21,424 bases of DNA from Azolla caroliniana (lineage: Eukaryota; Plantae; Polypodiophyta): positions 1 through 21,424 of the forward strand of contig JBHGNT010000531.1 in the NCBI GenBank assembly GCA_043228905.1, in the 5' to 3' direction. Under the pieces are notes generated by a model. The model had not been told where the DNA came from. It searched no databases and saw nothing but the letters and a program-made list of their open reading frames with translations. Of this stretch, positions 9,560 through 19,236 are shown in pieces. Both the position numbers and the translations under genes were made by a program. Numbering within the stretch: the first letter of the stretch is position 1; each line of letters begins with the position of its first letter.

Positions 9560-12187
9560 AACCGACTCTCTGTCGGCACACATTTAGCTTTTCGGCTAAT
9601 AGCACCTTCGCCAGCATATTCGATCCGTTTTCGGCCGTGTGGGTCTTCACTAGAGCAAACTCCTTTTCTTCTACTGGCTCTTGGAGCCAATGATATCTTC
9701 TCTAGACGACATGCTTATTGGATGAGGAAATCTCCTCCGTCGAATTTCTTCACAAATACGCAGTCGGCCTACGTTTTGTGGTACCCGTTGTCGGTCATGA
9801 AGGATTCAAATTTTTTGTACCATTGCCAAGGTGCTTGCTTCAACCCGTACAAGCTCTTCCTTAATCGGCATACCAAGTTCTCTTTGCCTTTCTCTACAAA
9901 TCCTTCCAACTGGTGCATATAGATCTCCTCTTCGAGATCATCGTGCAGAAACACCGACTTGACATCCAATTGCTCGACTTTGAGATCCATGATGGTCGTG
10001 ATGCTCAACATGGTTCGGATTGACGTCATCTTTACGACCGGGGCAAATATTTCGTTGAAATCAACACCCTTCTTTTGTTGGAAACCTTTCACGACGATTC
10101 GTGCTTTGTACCTGGGTGGATTCCCGCCATCTCTCAGTTTCAACTTGTATACCCATTTATTCCGAAGTGCCTTCTTTCCTCTCGGCAGTTCGGTCAGTTC
10201 ATATGTGTGGTTCTCATGCAAAGAATCCATCTCCTCTTGCATGGCACTCAACCACTTTCGGTTGTGGGTATCTTCCTTGCCTTCTTCAAAGCTTTCTGGC
10301 TCCCCCTCATCGGTTAGCAGTACACGCTCTTCATCCAGAAATCTTCGAGGGGGCCTCCTTTCTCTTAGGGGGTATCTACGGCCTCAGTTCGGCACGTTAG
10401 GTTCTTCTTCGACTTCTTCGGCCATTTCCCCTTGCTCTTCAATCAGTTGTCGATTCTGCCGAGTATTAACTCGGCCGACTGGCTCGGATTCAATTTCGAT
10501 CGATTCAGCTTCTACTCGATTCGGCCAAGCGTCGACTCAGTTTGATTCAGTAGTTGGAGACTTATTCTCAATCTCCCAGTCAACTATTGCCTTTTCCTGC
10601 ATGAAGACAATGTCGCGGCTCCTAATCACTTTCTTCTCGGTTAAGTCCCATAGTCGATAGCCAAATTCATCATGGCCATAGCTCAGAAATATGCATGGCC
10701 GAGATTTCAGCTCCAACTTCCCCTTCTGGTCCTTTGCCACATGCACATAAGCAAGACAGCCGAACACCCTCAAATGTCGGTACGATATGTCTTTGCCACT
10801 CCACACCCTTTGTGGAATATCATCGTCCAAGGGTACTAAGGGTGATCGGTTTATCACATACGCAATCGTCATCAGCATCTCAGCCCAGAACATCTTTGGT
10901 AACTTAGCATGTGCAAGCATACTTCGCACCCTTTCCATTACCGTCTAATTCATTCTCTCGGCTAGCCCATTAAGCTCTGGCTTCTTTGGCATGGTATACT
11001 CGAGCCGGATTCCTTGATTTCGGCAATATTCCTTGAACGGTCCACGGTACTCTCCGCCATTGTCCACTTGGACTGCCTTCAATTTTCAGCCACTTTCTCT
11101 CTCGGACCTCGCTTGGAACTCTTTGAAGACGGATAACACTTAATCCTTCGTCTTTCACATAGAAGCCCACAATTTCCTGCTACAATCATCAATGAAGGTC
11201 ACGAAATACTGTGAACCACCATGTGACGCCGTGTCCACATAGCATATGTCCATATGCACGAGTTCCAACGGCATTTTCTTCCTCATCGGGGACCTTGTTC
11301 GGAAGGATGTTAGATTCTGCTTACCAAGCAAGCAATCCCTACACTTCTCAAGTTGCACGTTCTTCACCTCATGAATGAGGTTTTCCTCGGCAAGCTTTTG
11401 CATCCCCTTCTAGCTCATATGGCACAACCTCTTGTGCCACAGTTCACCAACCATGTCAGCTGCCACATTTGCTTCCCGTCGGCATATTCAAGGATTCATT
11501 ATGTACACTGTGTTGGACTTCCGAGCTCAAGCCACAATCAGACTTCCTCGGCAGAACTTCATGACACCGTTTCGGATGCTACCCGTGTAGCCTTTCATCA
11601 TCTAGCCGACCGATTGATATTAGGTTCAATCGAACCTCCGAAACGTGTCGTACATCTCTCAACACGAGTCTGCACCCGGTTGAGGTTTCGAAAAACACAT
11701 CTCCAATGCCGACGATTCGGCATGCTCCTTCATTTCCCATCTTTACGGATCCGAGATCTCCGGCTCTGTAGGATGAGAAGCACTTTAGGTCATGGGTTAG
11801 GTGGAATGATGCACCCAAATGGACCACCCATGTCGATTCTTCACCGGCGAGATTCACTTCGTTTTGCTCACTGATGAGCAACAACTCCTCCTCACTCGCA
11901 GCAATTGTTGAGGTGTTCTTTCTGTCTAGGATTCTCGTCAGCTCTACACCATCAGCTCCTCCTTTCCCCTCTCGAAAGTGTCGGTATTTTTTCTGGAAGT
12001 GCCCCGGCTTCCCACAATAGAAGCACGTGGTTCTCCCCCTCGACTTCAACCTAGTCCCCGACGTATCTCGGTTCTAGGGACTTTGATTTCGGCCTCTTCC
12101 CCGAATCATGTCACCTTCCGTGACTAAAGCCTTCTGGTCGATATTGGACTCACGGTCCTTCCGGTGAGCTTCTTCATCCAGCAAGCT
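9560..12187 (-). pseudogene. Copia gag C-terminus, protease, integrase, RT N-half and RNase H tail, with stops and frameshifts
   Basis: CFYCGKPGHF, WVVHLGASFH, LELVHMDIC, YFVTFIDDCSR, MERVRSML, HLRVFGCLAY, WVYKLK, RYKARIVVKG, LRKSLYGLKQAP, and RYHW...HTAENGSNML. Confidence 0.92.
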
Positions 12188-12657
12188 CAACTTCACCTAC
12201 ATCAGACATCAACAGAGCAGCAACAGCAACAACAACAACAACCACTTCCAGATGAACCATTGGAGGCTCTCGAACAAAGCATTCTGGACATTTTGGACGA
12301 AGAATAGCAAGGGTCGATTGTGGATTCGATGTACAAGGTACTGTCCCACGGGCGTGCCATGTGTTACCGGCCGGCAAAGGAATCTAGAGTGGGAAACAGA
12401 GAGTTATTTAAGTAGTAGGAATGTGGTTGTAATTAAGCTATGAGTGTGGATGGACGGACCGGAAACGGTATGCCGTTCCGGATATGGACCGATCCCGAAC
12501 AGGTGCGGATGGCACCGTTTTGTAATACAGACCGGAAACCTATTTAAAGGCCCGGATACAATGTAATCAATAGCGGTTAATTAATGAAAGCTTAAGCGTT
12601 GTTATCTCTCTGTTAATTGTCGTTCTGTCTTAATTGTTATATCTTACGCGTGTGTTA
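12188..12657 (+). mobile_element. Foreign LTR-element fragment (ORF tail plus truncated LTR from about 12362) replacing the middle of the copia gag
   Basis: Plus-strand TEQQQQQQQQPLPDEPLEALEQSILDILDEE*, then tgttaccggccggcaa...tgttatatcttacgcgtg, which is clearly homologous to the LTR at 16863-17229. Confidence 0.75.
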
Positions 12658-12828
12658 CTTCAGATGCAACACTTCCCACGTCGCTGCATCAATCTTTTCT
12701 AGTCTTTTATCTCTGAACTTCACCGGTAGCCAGAGGTCTTTGCACACGAGCATGTCTCTCATCTTCGACTTCCACATTGAGTAGTTGGAGTCAGTTAGCT
12801 TAAACATGCCGCCGAACGAGTCTTCCAT
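12658..12828 (-). pseudogene. gag: Copia gag N-terminus (57 codons)
   Basis: MEDSFGGMFKLTDSNYSMWKSKMRDMLVCKDLW...DAATWEVLHLK starts directly after the PBS. Confidence 0.85.
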
Positions 12829-12829
12829 C

Positions 12830-12841
12830 GCTCGGATACCA
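12830..12841 (-). promoter_or_regulatory. PBS, tRNA-iMet type
   Basis: TGGTATCCGAGC versus canonical TGGTATCAGAGC, 3 nt from the LTR. Confidence 0.85.
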
Positions 12842-12844
12842 CTT

Positions 12845-13377
12845 TGTTAGGAATCGACTTGCCACAACCGGTTTCACGTTCGTACTCGTGTGCAAAAACC
12901 AAGAACTAGTGCACAGACAAGAAAAAACATGAAGACATAGAGACAAAGATATTTTACGTGGAAAACCCGAAATGGGAAAAACCACGGGGGTCCACAAACC
13001 CCAAGAAAACATATCACTGTAGTAGAGAGGAAGTACAATTACGAAACTCGGAGGCAACGACCTCGAGTTCTCCTTTGTCTAACAGATGGCTACAGAGTTA
13101 CACTCTCACTCTCTCACTCACGGTTACAGAGGCAACTACCTCGTTCTAACTTTTCAATAATGATCACTAACACTGGCTACAAGATTTGCCCTAGTTTCTT
13201 ATGAACCAAAGCAATTTTCTGGCTATTTACAAGTATCGCCCCCAGGAGGCATTTTTGACCATTTACAATTATAGTCTTCCGAAATGATTTCGGTTTTCGG
13301 TTTCGGTTTCGACCTCGGCCGAGATACTCACCAACACGGTCCTTCTCTTCCCATCCAGAGGGACATGTTTCCCAACA
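12845..13377 (-). repeat. Copia 5' LTR (533 bp)
   Basis: TGTT...AACA termini; repeat of 8986-9524. Confidence 0.93.
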
Positions 13378-14342
13378 TATCTTTGTGAAGAACTTTGCAC
13401 CATTAATCCATTCTAAAAGACTTGAGATAAGGGGAAGTGCATACCTATTCCTAATGGTTACCTTATTCGAGCTACAGTAATCTACGACGAGACGAAGTGA
13501 TCCATCATTTTTCTTGACAAAGAAAATGGGTGCGCTAGCTGGAGATTTCGAATGTCGAATGAAACCGTTTGCCAAATTCTCCATTATGTAGGCTCGAAGA
13601 ACTTCTAGCTCGGTTGGTGACAAGTTGTAGATCGTTCCCATGGTGGCTCTTTTCCCGATTGTAAATCAATGGGACAATCATACGGTCGGTGGAGAGGAAG
13701 CATACTGGCTTGTACCTTATCGAACACGTTGGCATAATGACGATACTTCTCTGGAAGTTGAACTATGGATTCCTCTTTAGTGGTGTTGGGAGGTTTTACT
13801 GATACTGCGAAGACAAACATTGCTTCCTTGCGTCCTTCCTCATGCAATTGCTCTAGCGAAATGGTTGCAACCCTATGAGTAGGTCCTTGGGTTTGTCGAT
13901 ACTAGATTTCTCTTTATCTCCAATCTATGTCTTGGTTATGTAATTCAAACCATGGTAACCCCAAGACAATTGGATGATCTGGACTACTAATTATATTAAA
14001 TGATACTACACACACCAAATTATCTAGGACAACCTGAATCGGCTCTTGACTCTTCTACGATTTTTTCGGAAGCAATGGGATGACCATCAATAACTACTAT
14101 AGATGCTAGGCAAGAAAGTTTTCTTAGGGATATCTGATGAGCTTGGGCAAAATTCCTATCCATGAATCAAGAGTTGTCTCTGGAATCTGAGAGTGCTAAG
14201 ACATGTACTGGAGGAGTACTTTTAGTACTAACCATTACTTGAGCTAAGAACACATTGCTAACTTGCTTAGAGGGAATGGAACGACTAATGGGTTGCACAA
14301 ATCTAGGGCTATCCAACCAAATGGCTCCTATTTTGGCTAGAC
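13378..14342 (-). pseudogene. Tcn1-like pol, proximal part: decayed protease and RT N-terminus
   Basis: LPLHRPYDCPIDL, IYNLS, GFIRHSKSPASAPIFFVKKNDGSLRLVVDY, RNRYALPLI. Decayed protease remnants at about 13900-14200. Confidence 0.9.
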
Positions 14343-15587
14343 TTAGTCGTTTATCTCTTCTTCTAATTGACTAAGGACTTCAAATTTGTTCGATAGATTT
14401 GGGCTATTAGAACTATCAGAAATTTCTAATGAAATAAACTTGGGTTTAGTACAAGTTACTACTTGATTTACCTGTCTTCTTGGCCTATGTGGGCAGTTTA
14501 CTATGATATGCCCTGGCCCTCCGCAATAGAGACATAATCGATTTGCTCGACGTCGTTGCTTTTCTTCTTCCGACAATGGACCACAATGATGTGTGGTGTG
14601 ATTTCCATCGGTGTTGGAGTATTTGTTGGAGATGCATTGTAGACATAATCAATTTGCTTGGCATCGTTGCTTTTCTTCTTCCAACAATGGACCACGACGA
14701 CGTGTGGTGTTGATTTCCATCGGTGTTGGAGTATTTGCCAAAGATGCACTGTATGACTCCCTTGCAAATGGTTTTACTTCGACCGAGGCGTATGTGGGCT
14801 CCGACCTGGTCCTTTGCATTTGTAATTGGCGTTCTAAACGTCGCTCAAAAAGCCGGTTATCGCATCTTACCGCTTGATTGATTGCCTTTGTGAGTGATTT
14901 TGGTTCTTCAGGGAAAGTCAAGAGTATGTCCTTGACATCATTTCGAAGGTTGTATCGAAATTGTTCCATTAATGCTTGATCATCCCAAGGGATATCGGAG
15001 GCAAGTAAATGGAAATCTGTAGCGTATGCGGAGGCTGGATGATCACCTTGATATAATCGTCGGATTTTGTTGATTGTCGTCCTTATGCTATCAGTATCTC
15101 CAAAACAAGCTTTAAACTCGCTTATAAACTCCTAAAAATTATTTAGTATTGCAAATTCCTTTTCTAACAACGGAGCGAACCATGCCAAAGTTGAGCCACT
15201 TAGCAACGTGCCTACCAGACCCACTTGTGATGCATCGGTGGGATATCAGGAAGGATGCATTTGAATGACTAATCATACCTGATTAAGGAATCCTCAGAAC
15301 TGTGATCGCGTTCCATCGAATTTCATAGGAAGGTCGATCTTGGGTTCTTTATTAATCCCTTGCGTACTTGGTCCTTGTTGTTGCAACGTTACAATGGTTG
15401 CTTCAAGTTGTTGCACGTGTAATGCTAGTTCCCCATGTTGTTGTTGCGTTTGTTGCTTTTCTAAGAAGATTTGTCGAAGATACCCCAACACCCATTGATT
15501 TTCTTGTTCCAATGCAAGAAAGTTCTCTTTCAAGCATTGCAACTCTAAGAAAACGGATTGATATTCTTGAGCTCTAACAATTGCCAT
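14343..15587 (-). pseudogene. gag: Tcn1/Tf1-like gag, degenerate
   Basis: Coiled-coil-like start, [59 protein letters not shown]. Confidence 0.88.
14530..14752. repeat. Diverged tandem duplication (111/112 bp) inside gag
   Basis: agacataatc...gatgcaytgt starts at both 14530 and 14641. Confidence 0.88.
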
Positions 15588-15633
15588 AGTATTAGAGAAA
15601 GGAGGGATAAGGAAGAAGATAGAAGGAAGGACA

Positions 15634-15645
15634 AAATCGGTTCAA
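15634..15645 (-). promoter_or_regulatory. Self-priming type PBS (complementary to the element's own LTR, not to a tRNA)
   Basis: No TGG start. A perfect 12-bp inverted copy lies at 15832-15843 inside the LTR. Confidence 0.75.
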
Positions 15646-15647
15646 AC

Positions 15648-16098
15648 TGTCAGGAGTAGTACTAAGACTGAGAGGGAATTAGTACTACAAGATGAGTATT
15701 AGTACTAAGAGGGGTGTAGAACTCTCGGGAGAAAGGGAGAGAGAGAGAGAGATAGAACGATGATAACAATATATATATATATATTATATGAAGAAAATAT
15801 ACATGAATAGCTAGGAGGCTAAAGATTGGCATTGAACCGATTTGGTTCTCAATAATGCCATGTGCCTCTTTTAATAGTGGCTTAGGAATACTTTAGAAAT
15901 GTGGCTTAGGAATACTCTTGACATTTCTAAAATGTTCCAAAGAAATCTAGAATATACATGGATTTCCTAAGTGAAATTATAAATGGAAACAATATTTTTT
16001 GTATTACAATGTATAGCTTAATGGTAAGGCTTCAACCCATGTGATACAAGGTCAGGGGTTCAAATCCTTTTGAAGCCATACCATGCTATATCATGACA
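15648..16098 (-). repeat. 5' LTR of the Tcn1-like gypsy element (451 bp)
   Basis: TGTCA...TGACA termini. Minus-strand TATTAAAA at 15869-15876, short (GA)n and (AT)n tracts, duplicated gtggcttaggaatact. Copia gag begins exactly at 16099. The partner LTR is outside the window. Confidence 0.82.
16011..16078 (+). other. tRNA-like sequence with Pol III A and B boxes embedded in the LTR
   Basis: A box TAGCTTAATGG at 16014-16024; B box GGTTCAAATCC at 16057-16067 within a T-arm-like stem. No valid cloverleaf. Confidence 0.65.
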
Positions 16099-16383
16099 GT
16101 ATGACCAAGATGCGTAGTTGCTTCTATCGAGCTTTTTCTCCATCGAAAGCGAGCTTCCCATGCGTCTGTCTATGTTCCTGTCTTTTCTTCTCCAGAAGAG
16201 AAAAGCTCGTCTCTACGCTTTTTCGTGTGTCAATTGTAGAGGATTCTTCTAACACTCGCGCTCTAATACCATGTAAAAGATTACGTGTGGAAGCGTTATG
16301 TGTGAACACAGCCGGCTCGGCCGGACAATAGAAAACAAACAATTAGGTAAACAAAAGTAGGAGAGAGAGAGAGAGAGAGAGAG

Positions 16384-16435
<52 letters not shown>

Positions 16436-16490
16436 CAAACCCTAAAAACTTCTATTATAGAACAACTCAATACAATACAATGTGCTCATA
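16099..16490 (-). mobile_element. 5' part of an older Ty1/copia element (partial LTR from 16272, PBS 16260-16271, gag start 16161) interrupted by the Tcn1-like element
   Basis: Minus strand reads ...TTTTACA then TGGTATTAGAGC, then MGSSLSMEKKLDRSNYASWSY, cut at the gypsy LTR. The outer LTR boundary is uncertain. Confidence 0.75.
16361..16432. repeat. Compound microsatellite (GA)13(GT)23
   Basis: Direct reading. Confidence 0.97.
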
Positions 16491-16494
16491 GAGC

Positions 16495-16706
16495 GCTCAT
16501 AGAACGACTTTAAAGCAATGGTGACTGACAATGATTGGGCCATGTTATGGAATATTACGATCCTCCATAACAATGCAAGGCGAAGTCTTTCACCATTTTC
16601 TCTATCTACATATATTTTGTATGGCACATCATCATACATGGATCCCGTGATCCGAAATCCATACGGAATGTCAACGATAAGCAATGTCTAGTGCCTCTTT
16701 GGTAAT
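16495..16706 (-). pseudogene. Fragment resembling the catalytic motif IV region of an amino (N4C/N6A) DNA methyltransferase
   Basis: LPKRH*TLLIVDIPYGFRITGSMYDDVPYK, then after a frameshift IEKMVKDFA, then LWRIVIFH. A hydrophobic strand followed by DIPYG resembles D-P/I-P-Y. Confidence 0.4.
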
Positions 16707-16862
16707 TGTTACCGTACAAGATGTACGGAGACTAAGCATCAAGATACTCGTGGTGAAAGAATCTTATGTGTTCAATACAAGACATTTTTTGTCTGTAATT
16801 GTTGTCGTTATTATTGTCCCAACCTAGCAACTTGGCCTCTTCATGAGTTACACCTACATACA

Positions 16863-17229
16863 TGTTACCCGGCCGGCAAGAAGGCTTAAGGATGTCCAGA
16901 CCAGAATGTGAAAGGAATAGTTTATTCGGGAACTGTTATAATTATTTTATTAATATGGACGGACTGGAATCGGTATGCCGATCCAGATCCGTACCGATTC
17001 CAAATAGGTGCCAGTTGGCACCGTTTTGTACTTCGCACCGGAGACCTATATAAAGGCTCGGTTACAATGTAATTGACAGCAGATAATTAATAGAACTTAT
17101 TGCCTTAACCTTTCAGTATTGATTACCGTTCTGCACTCATTGTTATATCTTACGCGTGTAATGACGTAGTGCTAAGTAACCAATTAAGGTCTAATTAAGC
17201 GTTGTGTCGTAAGTCATCTTGCCGTAACA
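16863..17229 (+). repeat. LTR (367 bp) of a further family, no TSD
   Basis: TGTTAC...GTAACA termini, TATATAAA at about 17048, homologous to 12362-12657. Followed by ccctt-TGGTGAA, possibly a truncated Trp-type PBS. Confidence 0.75.
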
Positions 17230-18437
17230 CCCTTTGGTGAAGTGTCTTAAGTGGACACCTTGTGTTAGGCTGTTGTCCGGCCCTAGGATTAACAATACAC
17301 TTTACATTCATTGTATTTGAAGAAAGGGGTTAGAGGATATTCTTTCATGAGTTGACGTCGGGCTTTAGCTTAATGAGATGCTCCTATTGCATAGTAAGTA
17401 TAGTCATCAATAGAACTTTACTTGAAGTCCGCAATTCTGGGGCATTGTTCAGGGTCCACCATTACTAGGAATGGCACCACAATTGCATGAGGATTAATCT
17501 TCGTTTTTGCTCTTGCGATTTTGTATGTGCACAGCATGAGGCTCTCGAATTTCTAATGGGCGTCTTCCTATCACAGGATCTACTAGGGGCCTTTGAATGG
17601 AACAGATGGGCAAATGAAAAAGTTGGCCTTTACATACCAATTTAATCTTTGTAATGTTCTCTCTAATTCGATTCTACTCTGAAATTAAAATCCCTGATGA
17701 CATTTGTCCTCCTGGAGGAACAACCTGAAGTTGTTGCTCCTCTTCCTCCTCCACGAACTCCAAGACATCTAGTTCATCGTCATCAGGTTTTTGTCGTTTT
17801 TGGTACTTCTTATGTTCAGGTTTGACTTCTGAGACTTCTTTGGAGGCATCTCAACTTCAATAATCATCAGCTCCCTGGTAACATAAGGATGAAGAGCAAC
17901 AATTGGATTGTTCTTAGTTTGTATGTCCTTTTGCAAAATTTTGGGACTACAACACTCAACCACCAAGTTTCCTTCATCAACTAGAACACGTCTAGTTCCC
18001 CCCAAGATTTCTACATCAATGATGAGATTAAGTGAATCATTATCCTCGTATTCAACATTTTGAAGTTTGTCGTATGTGAAGGTCTTGCCTAATTCCAATT
18101 TGCCTTTTCCTTCGGACTTTACAAATATGAGGAGTAACACTCCATCTTCCTCCACGTAAAGAAGACTCCACTCGAGGTCCACATAGTTTTTCACTTTTGG
18201 CTCCATAGGCTTATTTTCTAACAACTTCATTGGATTACCTACTGACGACTTTGAGGTACCGTCACCGCCAGACTCGTATAGCTTCCTACGGAACTTGTCT
18301 TCTAGGAAGCTGTCAGAATCCCTTATAGTTGGAGTCTGTATCTTAAGCTTAAAAGCCAACACTTTTTGACGCGGTTCACTAAAATGGAACAAATATTTCA
18401 AGATTAGCTTCCTATATGTGAAGATAATTTTCGGCAA
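17230..18437 (-). pseudogene. Heavily decayed retroelement-like coding debris
   Basis: ORF 17769..18437 contains LIIDVEILGGTRRVLVDEG, similar to the RRVLVDGGS of retropepsins. Nothing else is assignable. Confidence 0.35.
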
Positions 18438-18519
18438 TAATGTGGGTCTAGAAGCCCAAAATAGGACATATTTCCTTATTTAACTTAATTTTATTCCCCA
18501 CAAAAGATTATGTTTTTTA

Positions 18520-18855
18520 CAAGAATCTAATGCAGTCCATCGGATTCTCGGTAAAAATATCCCCTATTCAATGGGAATCTGATGCAGTGCATGGGATTCT
18601 CATTGAGAACATTGGCTTTCAACGAGAATTCAATGTAATGCTTCAAATTCCCATTGAAACAACTAGACTTTCAACGGGAATTCGATGCACTGCATCAAAT
18701 TCCCGTATAGTATATGGAAATTCAATGCAGTGCACCGGATTCCCGTTGAAACAACTAGGCTTTCAACGTGGCATGTATGGTATGTGGGAATCTGATGCAC
18801 TGCATTGGATTCCTGTATGGTATACGAGAATCCAACGTAGTGTATCGAATTCTAG
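18520..18855. repeat. Array of seven 31-bp palindromes, consensus CGGGAATCCGATGCASTGCATCGGATTCCCG
   Basis: Units start at 18520, 18572, 18623, 18675, 18715, 18785 and 18825. Confidence 0.9.
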
Positions 18856-19236
18856 TCGCTAAACTTTAACAATTAGATTGAAATTTAACCCAAACATCTT
18901 TAGGGAATCTTAACAATTGGTTGAAAAAACATACTTGGCAATTTTCTTTCCCTTGTTCATGGTGTTTGAGTTGCAACGATGTGTTTGAGATGAAAAATAC
19001 TGAGAGTGCGAGAATGTCTGTGCTCCAATGCTCTTGGAAATCTTCAACACGATAATGACACTAAGGAGATGACTTTCCTTTATATGGTAATTATTTTTTT
19101 TATTTTTTTTAAATTAATTAATAAATTTAATAATTACATATTATTCATGTTTATGTTCATATTTCCAAATATGTGGGTTATTTTGAAGAAATTCTACTAC
19201 TTTTTTACGCATTTGATCTAATCTAACCCAGTCAAG

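Larger units (their letters stand above)
8986..13377 (-). mobile_element. Degenerate, internally deleted Ty1/copia LTR retrotransposon (Tnt1/Tork-like)
   Basis: LTRs at 8986-9524 and 12845-13377. 5-bp TSD GATCT (8981-8985) / TATCT (13378-13382), one mismatch. iMet-type PBS, PPT and gag-PR-INT-RT-RH order. Excision restores host [11 protein letters not shown]. Confidence 0.93.

Noticed and set aside
9959-10660. 233-aa plus-strand ORF
   Set aside because: Antisense shadow of copia INT/RT.
13177-13641. 154-aa ORF as a novel RT fusion
   Set aside because: Host RT reads through the insertion junction at 13377 into copia LTR sequence.
16011-16083. Functional tRNA gene
   Set aside because: No 5' acceptor strand pairs with the 3' end and there is no proper anticodon stem; kept only as a tRNA-like A/B-box element.
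16437-16445. Telomeric repeat AAACCCTAA
   Set aside because: Single copy; common by chance and in LTRs.
16249-16470. HTHTHT/SLSLSL protein
   Set aside because: Translation of the (GA)n(GT)n microsatellite.
18520-18855. CRISPR array
   Set aside because: Spacers are short (mostly 9-21 nt) and reused rather than unique, repeats are degenerate, there are no cas genes, and the context is eukaryotic.
18530-18862. 110-aa ORF as a repeat protein
   Set aside because: It is a translation of the palindrome array with no protein signature.
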